A stretch of 64,000 nt of DNA from positions 170,004,001 to 170,068,000 of the forward strand of contig NC_042999.1 of NCBI RefSeq assembly GCF_006345805.1. The letters are read 5' to 3'. The position numbers and the translations under genes were made by a program. Shown one piece after another: positions 1-55,742 of this stretch. Every line of letters starts with the position of its first letter. Position 1 is the stretch's first letter. Source of the stretch: Octopus sinensis (lineage: Eukaryota). The notes under the pieces were generated by a model. That model did not search any database and had not been told where the DNA came from. It saw only the letters and a list, made by a program, of their open reading frames with translations.

Positions 1-560
1 GAGTGAGAGAGCAGTGCATGCCATCAAAGTCACACTGGGGTGCGAATATATGAATCCCAGTATACCCAGCATGATAAGAGTACACCAGGCACATGCATCA
101 CAACCATATGTGCACAACATAGTCATGTCATATCAAGATAAACAGCACATGACCTTGCAGGTGGAGCCCAGTCAGAATTTTCTTCAGGTTGAGTAGCCCA
201 TCCTGCTCAAAAGGTCCCTGAATAAGGTTTGTTTAATGATGATGAATGAAACACCCATGTTTCCAGAGGTGAATTATCCAAACCCTAAAGAATTCCTCTC
301 AGCACATGTCTATGATGCATTTCCACTTCTGCTCATGATCAGAGATGCACATATCGTCAGTCACTAAGGGACATGCTCAACTGGTTAAGGTTAAACAACT
401 GACAAGCAAATCTGTGGTATTGAGCAGAATATTTGCTGTGGCCCATCTTTTATACCAAGACAAAACATGTACATAACACTTCCAATTAGTTAAGATCAGA
501 TGCCATGACAGCCACTACCTGGTTCTATATTGGAACATTTATTATTATTATTATTGTTGT
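1..560 (+). mobile_element. 3' portion of a non-LTR-type interspersed repeat ending in an (ATT)n tail
   Basis: Non-coding stretch terminating in attattattattattgttgtt; family not identified. Confidence 0.35.
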
Positions 561-699
561 TGTTATTATATGGCAGGCTTCTGAACAGTTTTCATGTACC
601 AAATTTCACTCAGAAAGTATTGTTTATCTAAAGCTTAACACAGAAGGTGGGACCAAACCCCAAACCACATGGCCTGCAGAAAACTTCTTAACCATACAT

Positions 700-915
700 A
701 TTTCTTTACTGCCCACAAGGGACAAACAAGGACAGACAAATGGATTAAGTCGATTATATCGACCCCAGTGTGTAACTGGTATTTATTTAATTGACCTCGA
801 AAGGATGAATGGCAAAGTCGACCTCGGCGGAATTTGAACTCAGAATGTAATGGCAGCCGAAATACTGCTAAGCATTCTGGCCGGCATGCTAACGTTTCTG
901 CCAGCTCGCCTTCTT
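700..915 (-). mobile_element. tRNA-derived SINE, family B
   Basis: Shares tgaactcagaa(t/c)gta, gaaaggatgaa and tcgaccccag with copies at 12905-13085, 14400-14590, 15180-15765, 44595-44790 and 45165-45360. Confidence 0.7.
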
Positions 916-966
916 AACCATACAGCCATGTCTGTGTCTAAATTTTTTCAACCATCTTCCTATATA

Positions 967-45078
<44,112 letters not shown>

Positions 45079-45827
45079 CTGAATTTCAGAGTAAGAATCA
45101 GAATATACCACAATGATAGCATCGTATAGATTTAACTCTTTCAAGTTCAGAATTAATGGTGTCAAATATTGGCAGAAGGCTAGCAATTTTAAGGGTGTGG
45201 GTAAGTTGATTACATTGACCCCAGAGTTCAAATGATCCTTCTTTTATTGACCCAGAAAGGATGAAAGGAAATGCCGACCTTGGTAGCATTTGAACTCTGA
45301 TGAAATGCTGCTAAGCATTTTGTCTGGAGTGCTAATGATTCTGTTAGTTCGTTGCCTTCAAATTCAGAATAATCAACAGTAATTATAGTTTGTTCCATAA
45401 CAATTCATTCTTTAATTCATTAATGATTTTTAATAATAACAATTTTAACAATACAGAGATGAATAAAGACAACTAAGAAAAGCAACGTTTTAAATTAATA
45501 TATACACTTGACTGAGCCTTTGATTAAAATATTGAAGTATATACACATAATGTGTATACAAATGTGAAATGGCAAATGGCACTAGCTGTAATATTTTGGC
45601 TTAGAGACCTCTGAAGGAGAATTAAGTGTTGAAAACACAGAGCTTTACTCAGAAAGCCAGTGGACTATGTTTTGACCTGATTGGATCCTCTCAGTGATGA
45701 ATACCCCATACATTGTAAGTTAAGCTTAAAAAAAAGCTTGTTCCAATATAGAAATTGGTCACCAAAGCAGTTGTTGATTTGTGCAAGAACTAATCCAGCA
45801 GGAATTAAAGTTAAAATACACACTAGT

Positions 45828-46290
45828 CATCATCATCATCATTTAACATCCGCTTTCCATGCTAGCATGGGTTGGACAATTGGACTGAGGACTGGCGAAC
45901 CAGATGGCTGCACCAGGCTCCAATCTGATCTGGCAGAGTTTCTACAACTGGATGCCTTTCCTAATGTCAACCACTTCGAGAGTGTAGTGGGTGCTTTTAC
46001 GTGCCACCAGCACGAGAGCCAGTCAGGCGGTACTGGCAATGGCCACTCTCAAATGGTGTTTTTTTTACATGCCACCTGCACAGGAGCCAGTCCAGCAGCA
46101 CTGGCAATGACCTTGCTTGAATGTTTTTTCATGTGCCATCGACACAAGTGCCAGTAAGGTGACTCTGGTTATGATCACGCTTGAATGGTGATTTTTACGT
46201 GCCACCAGCACGGAAGCCAGTTAGCTGCTCTGGCGATGATCATGCTCGGATGGTGCTCTTAGTGCACCACTAGCACAGATGCCAGTCATC
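45828..46290 (-). mobile_element. RTE 3' UTR/tail with 4-5 diverged hairpin modules
   Basis: (CAT)n-ttaacatccgctttccatgctagc followed by GTGCCAC...GCCAG-loop-CTGGC units. Confidence 0.8.
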
Positions 46291-46553
46291 GAATACTAGT
46301 ATATAAATATTTATAATATGGAGACTGTTGTGCTAAAAACACAGGATGTTTACTTTGGGAAGCAGATATAAAATGATGATGAACTATATCAGTGGATCCC
46401 AAACATTTTCAGGCTGCCGCCCACTTGACTCCCAGGCCACATTTTTAGAGCCTCCACTCCACATACCATTACAAATATAGACTACTTACTGCATCAAATT
46501 CAAAACGTCTGTATTTCACAAATAAAACTTAACCCAATTAACCCATTATTTTA

Positions 46554-46694
46554 TAAGGTTGTCCCAAAAGTTCATAGAAAGTCTTGGAAAATAATGGTCT
46601 TTATTTTGAGGAATAATTTTTGTTGTTTTTGTTAGTACTTGGCGAGTAAAAATTCAATTTTCACAAGTGTTTACGAACATTTGGGACAACCTAA
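46554..46694. mobile_element. Tc1/mariner-type MITE
   Basis: TIRs AGGTTGTCCCAAAAGTTC / GAACATTTGGGACAACCT flanked by TA. Confidence 0.75.
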
Positions 46695-47529
46695 TATTTG
46701 TTCTTACATCAATCGCTCCCTTTTGGTCACCCCGTTATTGCCCCCACTTTTCTTCAGTGTCTCTGGATCTTTCCACTGCTCCCACAGAGGCAGTACTGCC
46801 CACTTTGGGAACTACTGAACTATATGTTATATAGAAGAGCTCTGGGTCCCTCCTATTTGACCCACTCCATCACTGAGCACTCACAACTCAACCCATTCCA
46901 TCACTCTTACCACTTCACCCACCACTTTCCTTCACACTACCCTCTTTTCCCCCTGTCTTCTCCATTATTCCCCACCAATGCTATTTCTTCTATCCATTTC
47001 TATTCTCTTACAACAACAAATCTATTTCTCCCATCATACTATAACTTCTGCTCTTTCAGTCACAGGTGCTCTCTTTCACTTTGTGAGACACAAAGTAATT
47101 CCCTAGTGCAGGAGCAGCTAAAAAAAAAGCCCACCCAGAACTTTCTGTAAATGGTTGGTAAATTAAATCAAGCAGTGACAGCACAGGGCTTGAGAGACAG
47201 TTCTTTAGTATTGCCAAGAGCAAGGCAACCTCTAATGTGATGGTGCCATGAAAACAAGCAACCAGTACACTCTGTAAAATGGTTGGTGTTAGGGAAAGCA
47301 TCCAACTATGGAAATCCTGTCAAAACTGAAACTTTGGAGCAAGATGTGGTCTTTCAGCCGATCAGATCCTGTCAAATTGTCCAACACATAACAGCAAGGA
47401 AAGTAAATGTGAAATGATGATGATGCTAATGATGATGATGTTGGTGAGATTCATTCATCTTTATGCTTATTTTTCTGTGCTGGCATGGGTTACACAAATG
47501 CACGTTCTTGAGAGATTGTTTTTATAGTT

Positions 47530-48232
47530 AGTTATTAAGTTTAGTTAATTTTTTGACTCAAAAAGCAAAAAGCAAGGCCATGTAGGGGGACATGGAGTTA
47601 TGTACAGGGTGGTGTTCATGTAAAGAGTTCAGGCCACTTGAGGTCAAGGGAGACTTTGAACCGAGCAGTCGTCGGCATCTACACCATCTCGTCTGGCAGC
47701 TTATTCCACGGATCCGCAACCCGGACAGAGAAAGCCCCTCTCCTTCGGTTGAGATGAAATCGTCACAGGTAGAGCTTTTCGGAATGACCCAGCAGCCGAT
47801 GCTCTAGAGCAGGAGTGAAGAACAGCTCTTTCGAGAGGTTACACTTTCCGCTTATGATGTTGTGAGCAAGAATGAGATCTCCACAGCGGTGGCGTTTTTC
47901 TAGAGAATAAAGGTCGAGCATCTTCAGCCTTTCTTCAAAAGACAAATTCTTGAGACCAAGAACCATGCGGGTAGCCAGCTTCTGGACTCTTTCGAGATGC
48001 TGTATGTCTTTGAGGAGATAAGGAGAAGAGGCTTGAATCCCGTACTCCAATATGGGTCTCACCAGCGTGACATAGAGTGGTAGGAATATGGCTGCTGTGA
48101 GCATTCCGAATGACTGTCGAATCAAGAACAGAATTCCGCGTGCTTTGTTGGCAGCATGGACGCACTGGGCCGAAGGCGAAAAGGAGGAATCCACCAAGAT
48201 ACCCAGGTCCTTTACCTGATCGGTCCTTGCTC
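47530..48232 (-). mobile_element. 3' fragment of the same CR1-group family as 33791-36342
   Basis: Near-identical LVRPILEYGIQASSPYLLKDIQHLERVQ region and 3' UTR. Confidence 0.85.
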
Positions 48233-48277
48233 TTCCTCATATTTTCATTCCACTTATCTTTGAAAGTACAGAGATAC

Positions 48278-48327
48278 CAGCTGATTTATTGACAGGAAAA
48301 TGACAACAGACATCACTGTCCATAGCT
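48278..48327 (-). CDS. Candidate upstream exon (R)AMDSDVCCHFPVNKSA
   Basis: ttgcag acceptor and weak gtatct donor; 50 nt, phase 2-1, compatible with the next exon. It contains an ATG at 48323. Confidence 0.35.
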
Positions 48328-48910
48328 CTGCAATTTTTTATGCAAGTGCAGAAAGTAAATACACACACACACAGATTTCTAATACAAGCACAAAGCCTCA
48401 TGTTTAAAGGCAGGGAATAATCGATTATAATCAATATCAGTACTTAAATGGAATCTATTTTATCAGCTTCAGAGGATTGAAAGGTTAACTGACCCAGGCA
48501 ATATTTGGGCCCTGAATTTAAAGATGTGTAATTAAAATATCACAATGCATCTTGCTGAGTGCTCTACTGATTGTGCCAAACCAGTGCAATCACTTTTACT
48601 ACTAGTATAAGTAACAACTGTAGAATCATACTTCTGAAATAAAATTATGGTACATATAAGAAAAGTGATATGATGTACAACTTCTCGTCATCACTGTTAT
48701 ATCTGAACTGTTATAATATCAAATGTTCCTAATGTTCTCTTATTACTCTCCAAATGTGTATCTTCAACAAGCACTCCATGATATCTCTATTCAATAATTC
48801 CAACGACCCGTACACTATGACTGTGCAAATGACACTCTTCTCAGACTGTTCTGTGCATGCTCATTTATACTAACCAGTATAGTTCACTTAGCCAATCGTG
48901 GGGGTACCAT

Positions 48911-49290
48911 TTACTCTTTTACTTGTTTCAGTCATTTGACCGTGGCCATGCTGGAGCACCGCCTTTAGTCGAGCAAATCAACCCCAGGACTTATTCTTTG
49001 GAAGCCCAGTACTTATTCTATCGGTCTCTTTTGCCAAACTGCTAAGTTACGGGGACGTAAACACACCACCATTGGTTGTCATGTGATGGGGGACAAACAC
49101 AGACACACACACACACACACACATACGATGAGCTTCTTTCAGTTTCTGTCTACCAAATCCACTCACAAGGCTTTGGCCGGCCTGAGGCTATAGTAGAAGA
49201 CACTTGCCCAAGGTACCATGCAGTGGGACTGAACCCGGAACCATCTGGTTGCTAAGCAAGCTACTTACCACACAGCCACTCCTGCACCTA
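48911..49290 (-). mobile_element. SINE family A
   Basis: Reverse-complement match to 58528-58939. Confidence 0.8.
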
Positions 49291-49876
49291 CAGATTCTCC
49301 ATACAACAAAAAAGAAATACTTTACCTTGTTCCAACTGGACCTAGTGGAAAAGAAAATAATAAAATAATTGAAAGTTTTCAAATTTGCAGGCAATATAAA
49401 TAATTACTTAACACACATACTCTCTCTCTCTAACTTTACCCTTTCTGTACTGCCACCCTTTCTTTCTCTCCTCTCTGGCCACCTCTACTTTCACCCATCA
49501 CCTACTTTTTTCTCTGTTCACCTCTGCTTTTGATCATCATTTCACTCTCATCTACATCACAATAAATCTGCCTCTTCTTATCTTGCTCTTTTCCCTTACA
49601 CCCAATCATTCTAGCTTTTCTGCTGGCATTGCCCAGCAGAGAAGTAGTTGGATTGTGAGGTACCTGTAGCCATGCCCAATCAAGGGCTTATCAATCTTTC
49701 TTGCATTGGTGCCACAAGAAAATGCATCTACTACACTCTGTGAAAGTAGCTAGTGATAGGAAGGACATCCAACCATGGAAACCAAGCTAATGGACATGTA
49801 TGAATACCAGTGACTCCCACTAAGAAATGGTTTGCACCATGATGACTAATCCAACTCATGTCAACATAAAAGTCTG

Positions 49877-49877
<1 letters not shown>

Positions 49878-49923
<46 letters not shown>
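49878..49923. repeat. (GT)n microsatellite
   Basis: Directly visible. Confidence 0.95.
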
Positions 49924-49926
<3 letters not shown>

Positions 49927-50615
49927 CTTTTATCTTTTACTTCTTTCAGTCATTGGACCATGGTTATGCTGGAGTACTGTCCTGAGAAAACGTCAAACAA
50001 TGCCTCATGAGACTTGAACCTATATCTCCTGCAGACATGACAGATGTTCTACTATTGTACCAAACAGCCTCATACAGATCTATCAAACAAATCAATTGTG
50101 CTTAATCTTTGAAATCAATTAAATTGGAAGTTCTTCAGTTCTTTAAATATTTTGAACCATTGTTACTTCTGACTATGCTGGTTCACCATGAAAGATGGTA
50201 CTTCAGTTCACGAATTTCATTTTTCCTACATCTCTTTTGTTGTTGCTTCTCCACAACAGCTTGAATGGAATAATTTAGTGTTTTGTGAATTTGGTTATTT
50301 ACATATAAAGTATACTGAATGAATAACATTTATAGCTTGGTGACTCTCATTCTGTTTATTGTCCAACTGAAAGTGAAACAGGAGAATCCAAGGGAAAATA
50401 ATGCTCTGTGTTGGTAAACAATAGAAAGTACAAACAGATTATGAACTGAATCGGAAATGTCAAACCTATCAGCTGCCTTGTGGCATGCTTACTTATTCCC
50501 AGTAGTTAAGATAGTGTCAATACATTTATTGAATGTAGGGATCATAGAAAAGCTATCTAGAATCAAGAAAAAATTTATGTAATGAGACAGACAGACAGAG
50601 AAATAAGTTAGTGTT

Positions 50616-50778
50616 TATATATAAATTATTTCTCATTAGCTTTGTGATGTTCCTGGCATTGAATATCATCATCATCATCATCATCGTTTAAACGGACGCT
50701 AAACGATGATGATGATGATGATGATGATGATATTCAATGCCAGGAACATCACAAAGCTAATGAGAAATAATTTATATA
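50616..50778. repeat. Fold-back palindrome at an RTE (ATG)n tail
   Basis: About 75-bp arms around the 9-nt spacer aacggacgc. Confidence 0.9.
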
Positions 50779-51130
50779 GTAAGACAGACAAACAAGAAGA
50801 CTGACAGACAGGCAGGCAGACAGACAGACAGGCAGATAGACAGACAGATAATCAAGTCGGTTTTAATATAACAAATTCAGGGATTAATTCATTTGAACAG
50901 ATTAATTGGAATTAGGCACAGGCATTGCTGTGTGGTAAAATGTTTGCTTTCCAACCACATGGTTCTGGGTTCAGGTCCACTGTGTGGCACCTTGGACAAA
51001 TGTCTGCCACTATAGTTTTATGACTGGATTTGGTAGATGGAAACTGAGAGAAGACTGTCATATATATATATCATTATCATTGTTTAACGTCCGCCTTCCA
51101 TGCTGGTATGTGGTAGGGGGGGAACTATAT

Positions 51131-54100
51131 ATATATATTTAGAGATATGTTACTTGAAGCCTTTGACGAAGTGGAAGGGGGTATAGCTACACATGGGGTA
51201 GAAGACAACTGGACGTTTCTGAGGGACAACCTGCTGAAAGCCGCTGACCAGATCTGTGGCTGGTGCAAAGTCCCCTTAAGACCCAAAATAACATGGTGGT
51301 GGAACAATATTGTTGATAGGGCTATTAGACAAAAGAAACAGGCTTGGAAGGCCTGGAAGAACGGTGGTAGCAGGGAAGTGTATCAGACTGCCAGAAGGGA
51401 AGCTAGGAGACAGGTCTATCTAGCCAGAGGGGAAGCAGATAAAAGAAAATTTGCCAATGTCCTGCGCCGTGAGGATGAAAGACTTGAGGTATTTCGTGTT
51501 GCAAGACAGTGTGTGAGAGAGAATCGAGATGTGGTAGGAGAGAAATGTGTTCGCATGGAGGATGGTTCACTTGCGTTAAATGAGGATGCAAAGAGAGAAG
51601 CTTGGAGACGCCACTATGAAAGGTTGCTGAATGAGGAAAATGAATGGGATAAAGAGAGTCTGCCGAATGTTGACCCAACAGAGGGACCAGCTATCCGAGT
51701 TGATAGTTCCGTGGTAGCTAAGGCAATTAGAAGCATGAAGACAGGGAAAGCCCCAGGCCCATCAGGAATTACTGCAGAGATGCTCAAAATATCTGGTAGT
51801 GTCGGCTATAGCATAGTCACCCGTATAGTTAACCAGGTGATACACGAAGGAGTCATACCCAATGACTGGTGTAGCAGCATAATAGTCAACTGCTACAAAG
51901 GTAAAGGCGATGCCCTAGATACAAATAACTACAGGGGCATCAAGCTGTTGGATCAGGTAATGAAGGTTACGGAGAGGGTTATAGCCCAGTTAATTAGAGA
52001 GAGAGTTAGCTTAGATGATATGCAGTTTGGGTTCGTGCCAGGGAAAAGTACTACTGATGCTATATTCCTGGTAAGACAGCTGCAGGAGAAATACCTAGCC
52101 AAAGGTAAGCCCTTGTACCTGGCTTTTGTTGACTTAGAGAAAGCCTTTGACAGGGTCCCCCGATCCCTTATCTGGTGGTCAATGAGGAAACTAGGGATAG
52201 ATGAATGGTTAGTGAGAGCTGTGCGAGCCATGTACAGAGACGCAGCTAGTAAGGTGAGGGTTGGCAACGAGTACAGTGAAGAATTCCGGGTAGAGGTTGG
52301 GGTCCACCAAGGTTCAGTCCTCAGCCCCCTCCTATTTATCATAGTCCTCCAGGCAATAACGGAAGAATTTAAGACAGGATGCCCCTGGGAGCTCCTATAT
52401 GCTGATGACCTTGCTCTAATTGCTGAGTCACTATCAGAACTGGAGGAGAAGTTTCAGGTGTGGAAACAAGGATTAGAATCGAAGGGCCTTAGAATCAACC
52501 TAGCCAAAACCAAAGTCCTAATAAGTAGGAAGGTGGACCAACCACAAACGACTTCAGGTAGATGGCCCTGCTCGATCTGTAAAAAAGGTGTAGGTAGAAA
52601 CTCTATAAGGTGCACCAAGTGTAAGCTATGGACACATAAGAGGTGCAGCAATGTCAAAGGAAGGCTAACTAAGAAAATAGTTTTTGTCTGTGGCAGATGC
52701 TCAGGAGAAATAAACACTGGAAATGTGCAGAGTCCAACCTCTACCACGTTCCAGGGAGACAAACTAGAAGTAGTTGATAGCTTCCGCTACCTAGGAGACC
52801 AAGTCAGTAGCGGGGGTGGGTGTGCTGAAAGTGTAACTGCTAGAGTAAGAATAGCCTGGGCAAAGTTTAGAGAGCTCTTACCCCTGCTGGTGACAAAAGG
52901 TCTCTCGCTAAGAGTAAAAGGCAGACTATATGATGCGTGTGTACGTACAGCCATGCTACATGGTAGTGAAACATGGGCCGTGACAGCTGAGGATATGCGT
53001 AAGCTTGCAAGAAATGAAGCCAGTATGCTCCGATGGATGTGTAATGTCAGTGTTCATAATCGTCAGAGTGTAAGTACTTTGAGAGAAAAGTTGAACCTAA
53101 GAAGTGTCAGTTGTGGTGTGCAAGAGAGACGGCTGCGCTGGTATGGTCATGTGACGAGAATGGCTGAAGATAGTTGTGTGCAAAAGTGCTACAACCTAGC
53201 AGTTGAGGGAACCTGTGGAAGAGGTAGACCCAGGAAAACCTGGGACGAGGTGGTGAAGCACGACCTTCGAACTTTAGGTCTCACTAAGGAAATGACTGAA
53301 GACCGAGTCCTATGGAAGTGTGCTGTGCATGAGAGGACCCGGCAGGACTAGTCAGGCCATATCCCATGGCCCCTACCTGGGACGTAGTCGATCCACCTGT
53401 GCATACCTTCCTTCTTGTGACACTTGTGAAGACCTGCTGAGGCAAGTGAAAATCAATCAAAATAGATGAACATCAATGGAATTTGTATCTTTGTGGTACC
53501 AGTGCCTGTGGCACACAAGAAAACCATCCGAACGTGGCCGTAGCCAGTACCGCATCGACTGGCCTCCGTGCTGTGGGAACATGGTGGCACATAAAAACAC
53601 CATCCGAAGACCCGGCAAGACTAGTCAGGTCATAACCCATGGGCCCTACCTGGGACGTAGTCAGTCCACCTGTACATACCTTCCGACTTGTGAAGACCTG
53701 CTGAGGCAAGTGAAAATCAAATAAAATCAAAACAAATCAAAATAGATGAACATCAATGGAATTTGTATCCTTGCCGGTGGCACACAAGAATCCATCCGAA
53801 CGTGGCCGTAGTCAGTACCGCTTGTGGTACCAGTGCCGGTGGCACACAAGAATCCATCCGAACGTGGCCGTAGTCAGTACCGCATCACTGGCCATCGTGC
53901 TGTGGGCACATAACAAACACCATCCGGTCGTGGCCGTTCGCCAGCCTCATCTAGCACCTGTGCATACCTTCCTCCTTGTGATACTTGTGAAGGCCTGTTG
54001 AGGCAAGTGAAAATCAAAGGCCTGTTGAGGCAAGTGAAAATCAAAATCAAAATCAAAATCAAATCAAAACAAATCAAAATAGATGAACATCAATGGAATT

Positions 54101-55695
54101 TGTATCCTTGTGGTACCAGTGCCGGTGGCACACAAGAGAAAACCATCCGAAAGTGGCCGTAGCCAGTACCGCATCGACTGGCCTCCGTTCTGTGGGCACA
54201 TGACAAACACCATCCGATCGTGGCCGTTCGCCAGCCTCATCTAGCACCTGTGTCGGTGGCACATAAAAACACCATCCGAAGACCCGGCAAGACTAGTCAG
54301 GCCATAACCCATGGCCCCTACCTGGGACGTAGTCAGTCCACCTGTGCATACCTTCCTTCTTGTGACACTTGTGAAGACCTGTTGAGGCAAGTGAAAATCA
54401 AATCAAAACAAATCAAAATAGATGAACATCAATGGAATCTGTATCTTTGTGGTACCAGTGCCGGTGGCACACACTTTGTGGTACCAGTGCCGGTGGCACA
54501 CATGAGAACCATCCGAACGTGGCCGTAGCCAGTTCCGCATCGACCGGCCTCCGTGCTGTGGGCACGTAACAAACACCATCCGATCATGGCCGTTCGCCAG
54601 CCTCATCTGGCACCTGTCGGTGGCACATAAAAACACCTTCCGAAGACCCGGCAAGACTAGTCAGTCCACCTGTGCATACCTTCCTTCCTTCTTGTGACAC
54701 CTGTGAAGACCGGTTGAGGCAAGTGAAAATCAAATCAAATCAAATCAAAATAGACAAAATAGATGAACATCAATGGAATTTGTATCTTGTGGTACCAGTG
54801 CCTGTGACACACAAGAAATCCATCAGTGCCGTAGTCAGTGCGGTGGGCACATGACAAACACCATCCGATCGTGGCCGTTCGCCAGCCTCATCTAGCACCT
54901 GTGTCGGTGGCACATAAAAACACCATCCGAAGACCCGGCAAGACTAGTCAGGCCATAACCCATGGCCCCTACCTGGGACGTAGTCAGTCCACCTGTGCAT
55001 ACCTTCCTTCTTGTGACACTTGTGAAGACCTGTTGAGGCAAGTGAAAATCAAATCAAATCAAATCAAAACAAATCAAAATAGATGAACATCAATGGAATT
55101 TGTATCTTTGTGGTACCAGTGCCGGTGGCACGTGGCATATAAGAAAACCATCCGAACGTGGCCGTAGCCAGTACCGCATCGACTGGCCTCCGTGCTGTGG
55201 GCACGTAACAAGCACCATCCGATCGTGGCCGTTTGCCAGCCTCATCTGGCACCTGTGTCGGTGGCACATAAAAACACCATCCGAGCGTGGCCGTCTGCCA
55301 GCCTCGTCTGGCACCTGTGTCGGTGGCACATAAAAACACCATCCGAGCGTGGCCGTCTGCCAGCCTCGTCTGGCACCTGTGTCGGTGGCACATAAAAAAC
55401 ACCATCCGAGCGTGGCCGTCTGCCAGCCTCGTCTGGCACCTGTGTCGGTGGCACATAAAAAACACCATCCGAGCGTGGCCGTTTGTCAGCCTCGTCTGGC
55501 ACCTGTGTCGGTGGCACATAAAATCACCCACTACACTCTCGGAGTGGTTGGCGTTAGGAAGGGCATCCAGCTGTAGAAACACTGCCAGATCTGACTGGAC
55601 TGGTGCAGCTTTCGGGCTCCCCAGACCCCAGTTGAACCGTCCAACCCATGCTAGCATGGAAAGCGGACATTAAATGATGATGATGATGATGATGA

Positions 55696-55699
<4 letters not shown>
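51131..55699 (+). mobile_element. RTE LINE, 5'-truncated (no APE), with intact RT frame and a 2.3-kb amplified 3' UTR
   Basis: 734-aa ORF; six ~300-bp UTR units; (ATG)n tail. Confidence 0.93.
51147..53351 (+). CDS. RTE reverse transcriptase (ORF2 lacking the endonuclease)
   Basis: [51 protein letters not shown], CxxC zinc motif, GRPRKTW. Confidence 0.93.
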   Translation: MLLEAFDEVEGGIATHGVEDNWTFLRDNLLKAADQICGWCKVPLRPKITWWWNNIVDRAIRQKKQAWKAWKNGGSREVYQTARREARRQVYLARGEADKRKFANVLRREDERLEVFRVARQCVRENRDVVGEKCVRMEDGSLALNEDAKREAWRRHYERLLNEENEWDKESLPNVDPTEGPAIRVDSSVVAKAIRSMKTGKAPGPSGITAEMLKISGSVGYSIVTRIVNQVIHEGVIPNDWCSSIIVNCYKGKGDALDTNNYRGIKLLDQVMKVTERVIAQLIRERVSLDDMQFGFVPGKSTTDAIFLVRQLQEKYLAKGKPLYLAFVDLEKAFDRVPRSLIWWSMRKLGIDEWLVRAVRAMYRDAASKVRVGNEYSEEFRVEVGVHQGSVLSPLLFIIVLQAITEEFKTGCPWELLYADDLALIAESLSELEEKFQVWKQGLESKGLRINLAKTKVLISRKVDQPQTTSGRWPCSICKKGVGRNSIRCTKCKLWTHKRCSNVKGRLTKKIVFVCGRCSGEINTGNVQSPTSTTFQGDKLEVVDSFRYLGDQVSSGGGCAESVTARVRIAWAKFRELLPLLVTKGLSLRVKGRLYDACVRTAMLHGSETWAVTAEDMRKLARNEASMLRWMCNVSVHNRQSVSTLREKLNLRSVSCGVQERRLRWYGHVTRMAEDSCVQKCYNLAVEGTCGRGRPRKTWDEVVKHDLRTLGLTKEMTEDRVLWKCAVHERTRQD

Positions 55700-55742
<43 letters not shown>

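Noticed and set aside
50130-50270. Minus-strand AVVEKQQQKR as an alternative upstream exon
   Set aside because: Poor splice signals and a nearby in-frame stop; the similarity is too short to trust.
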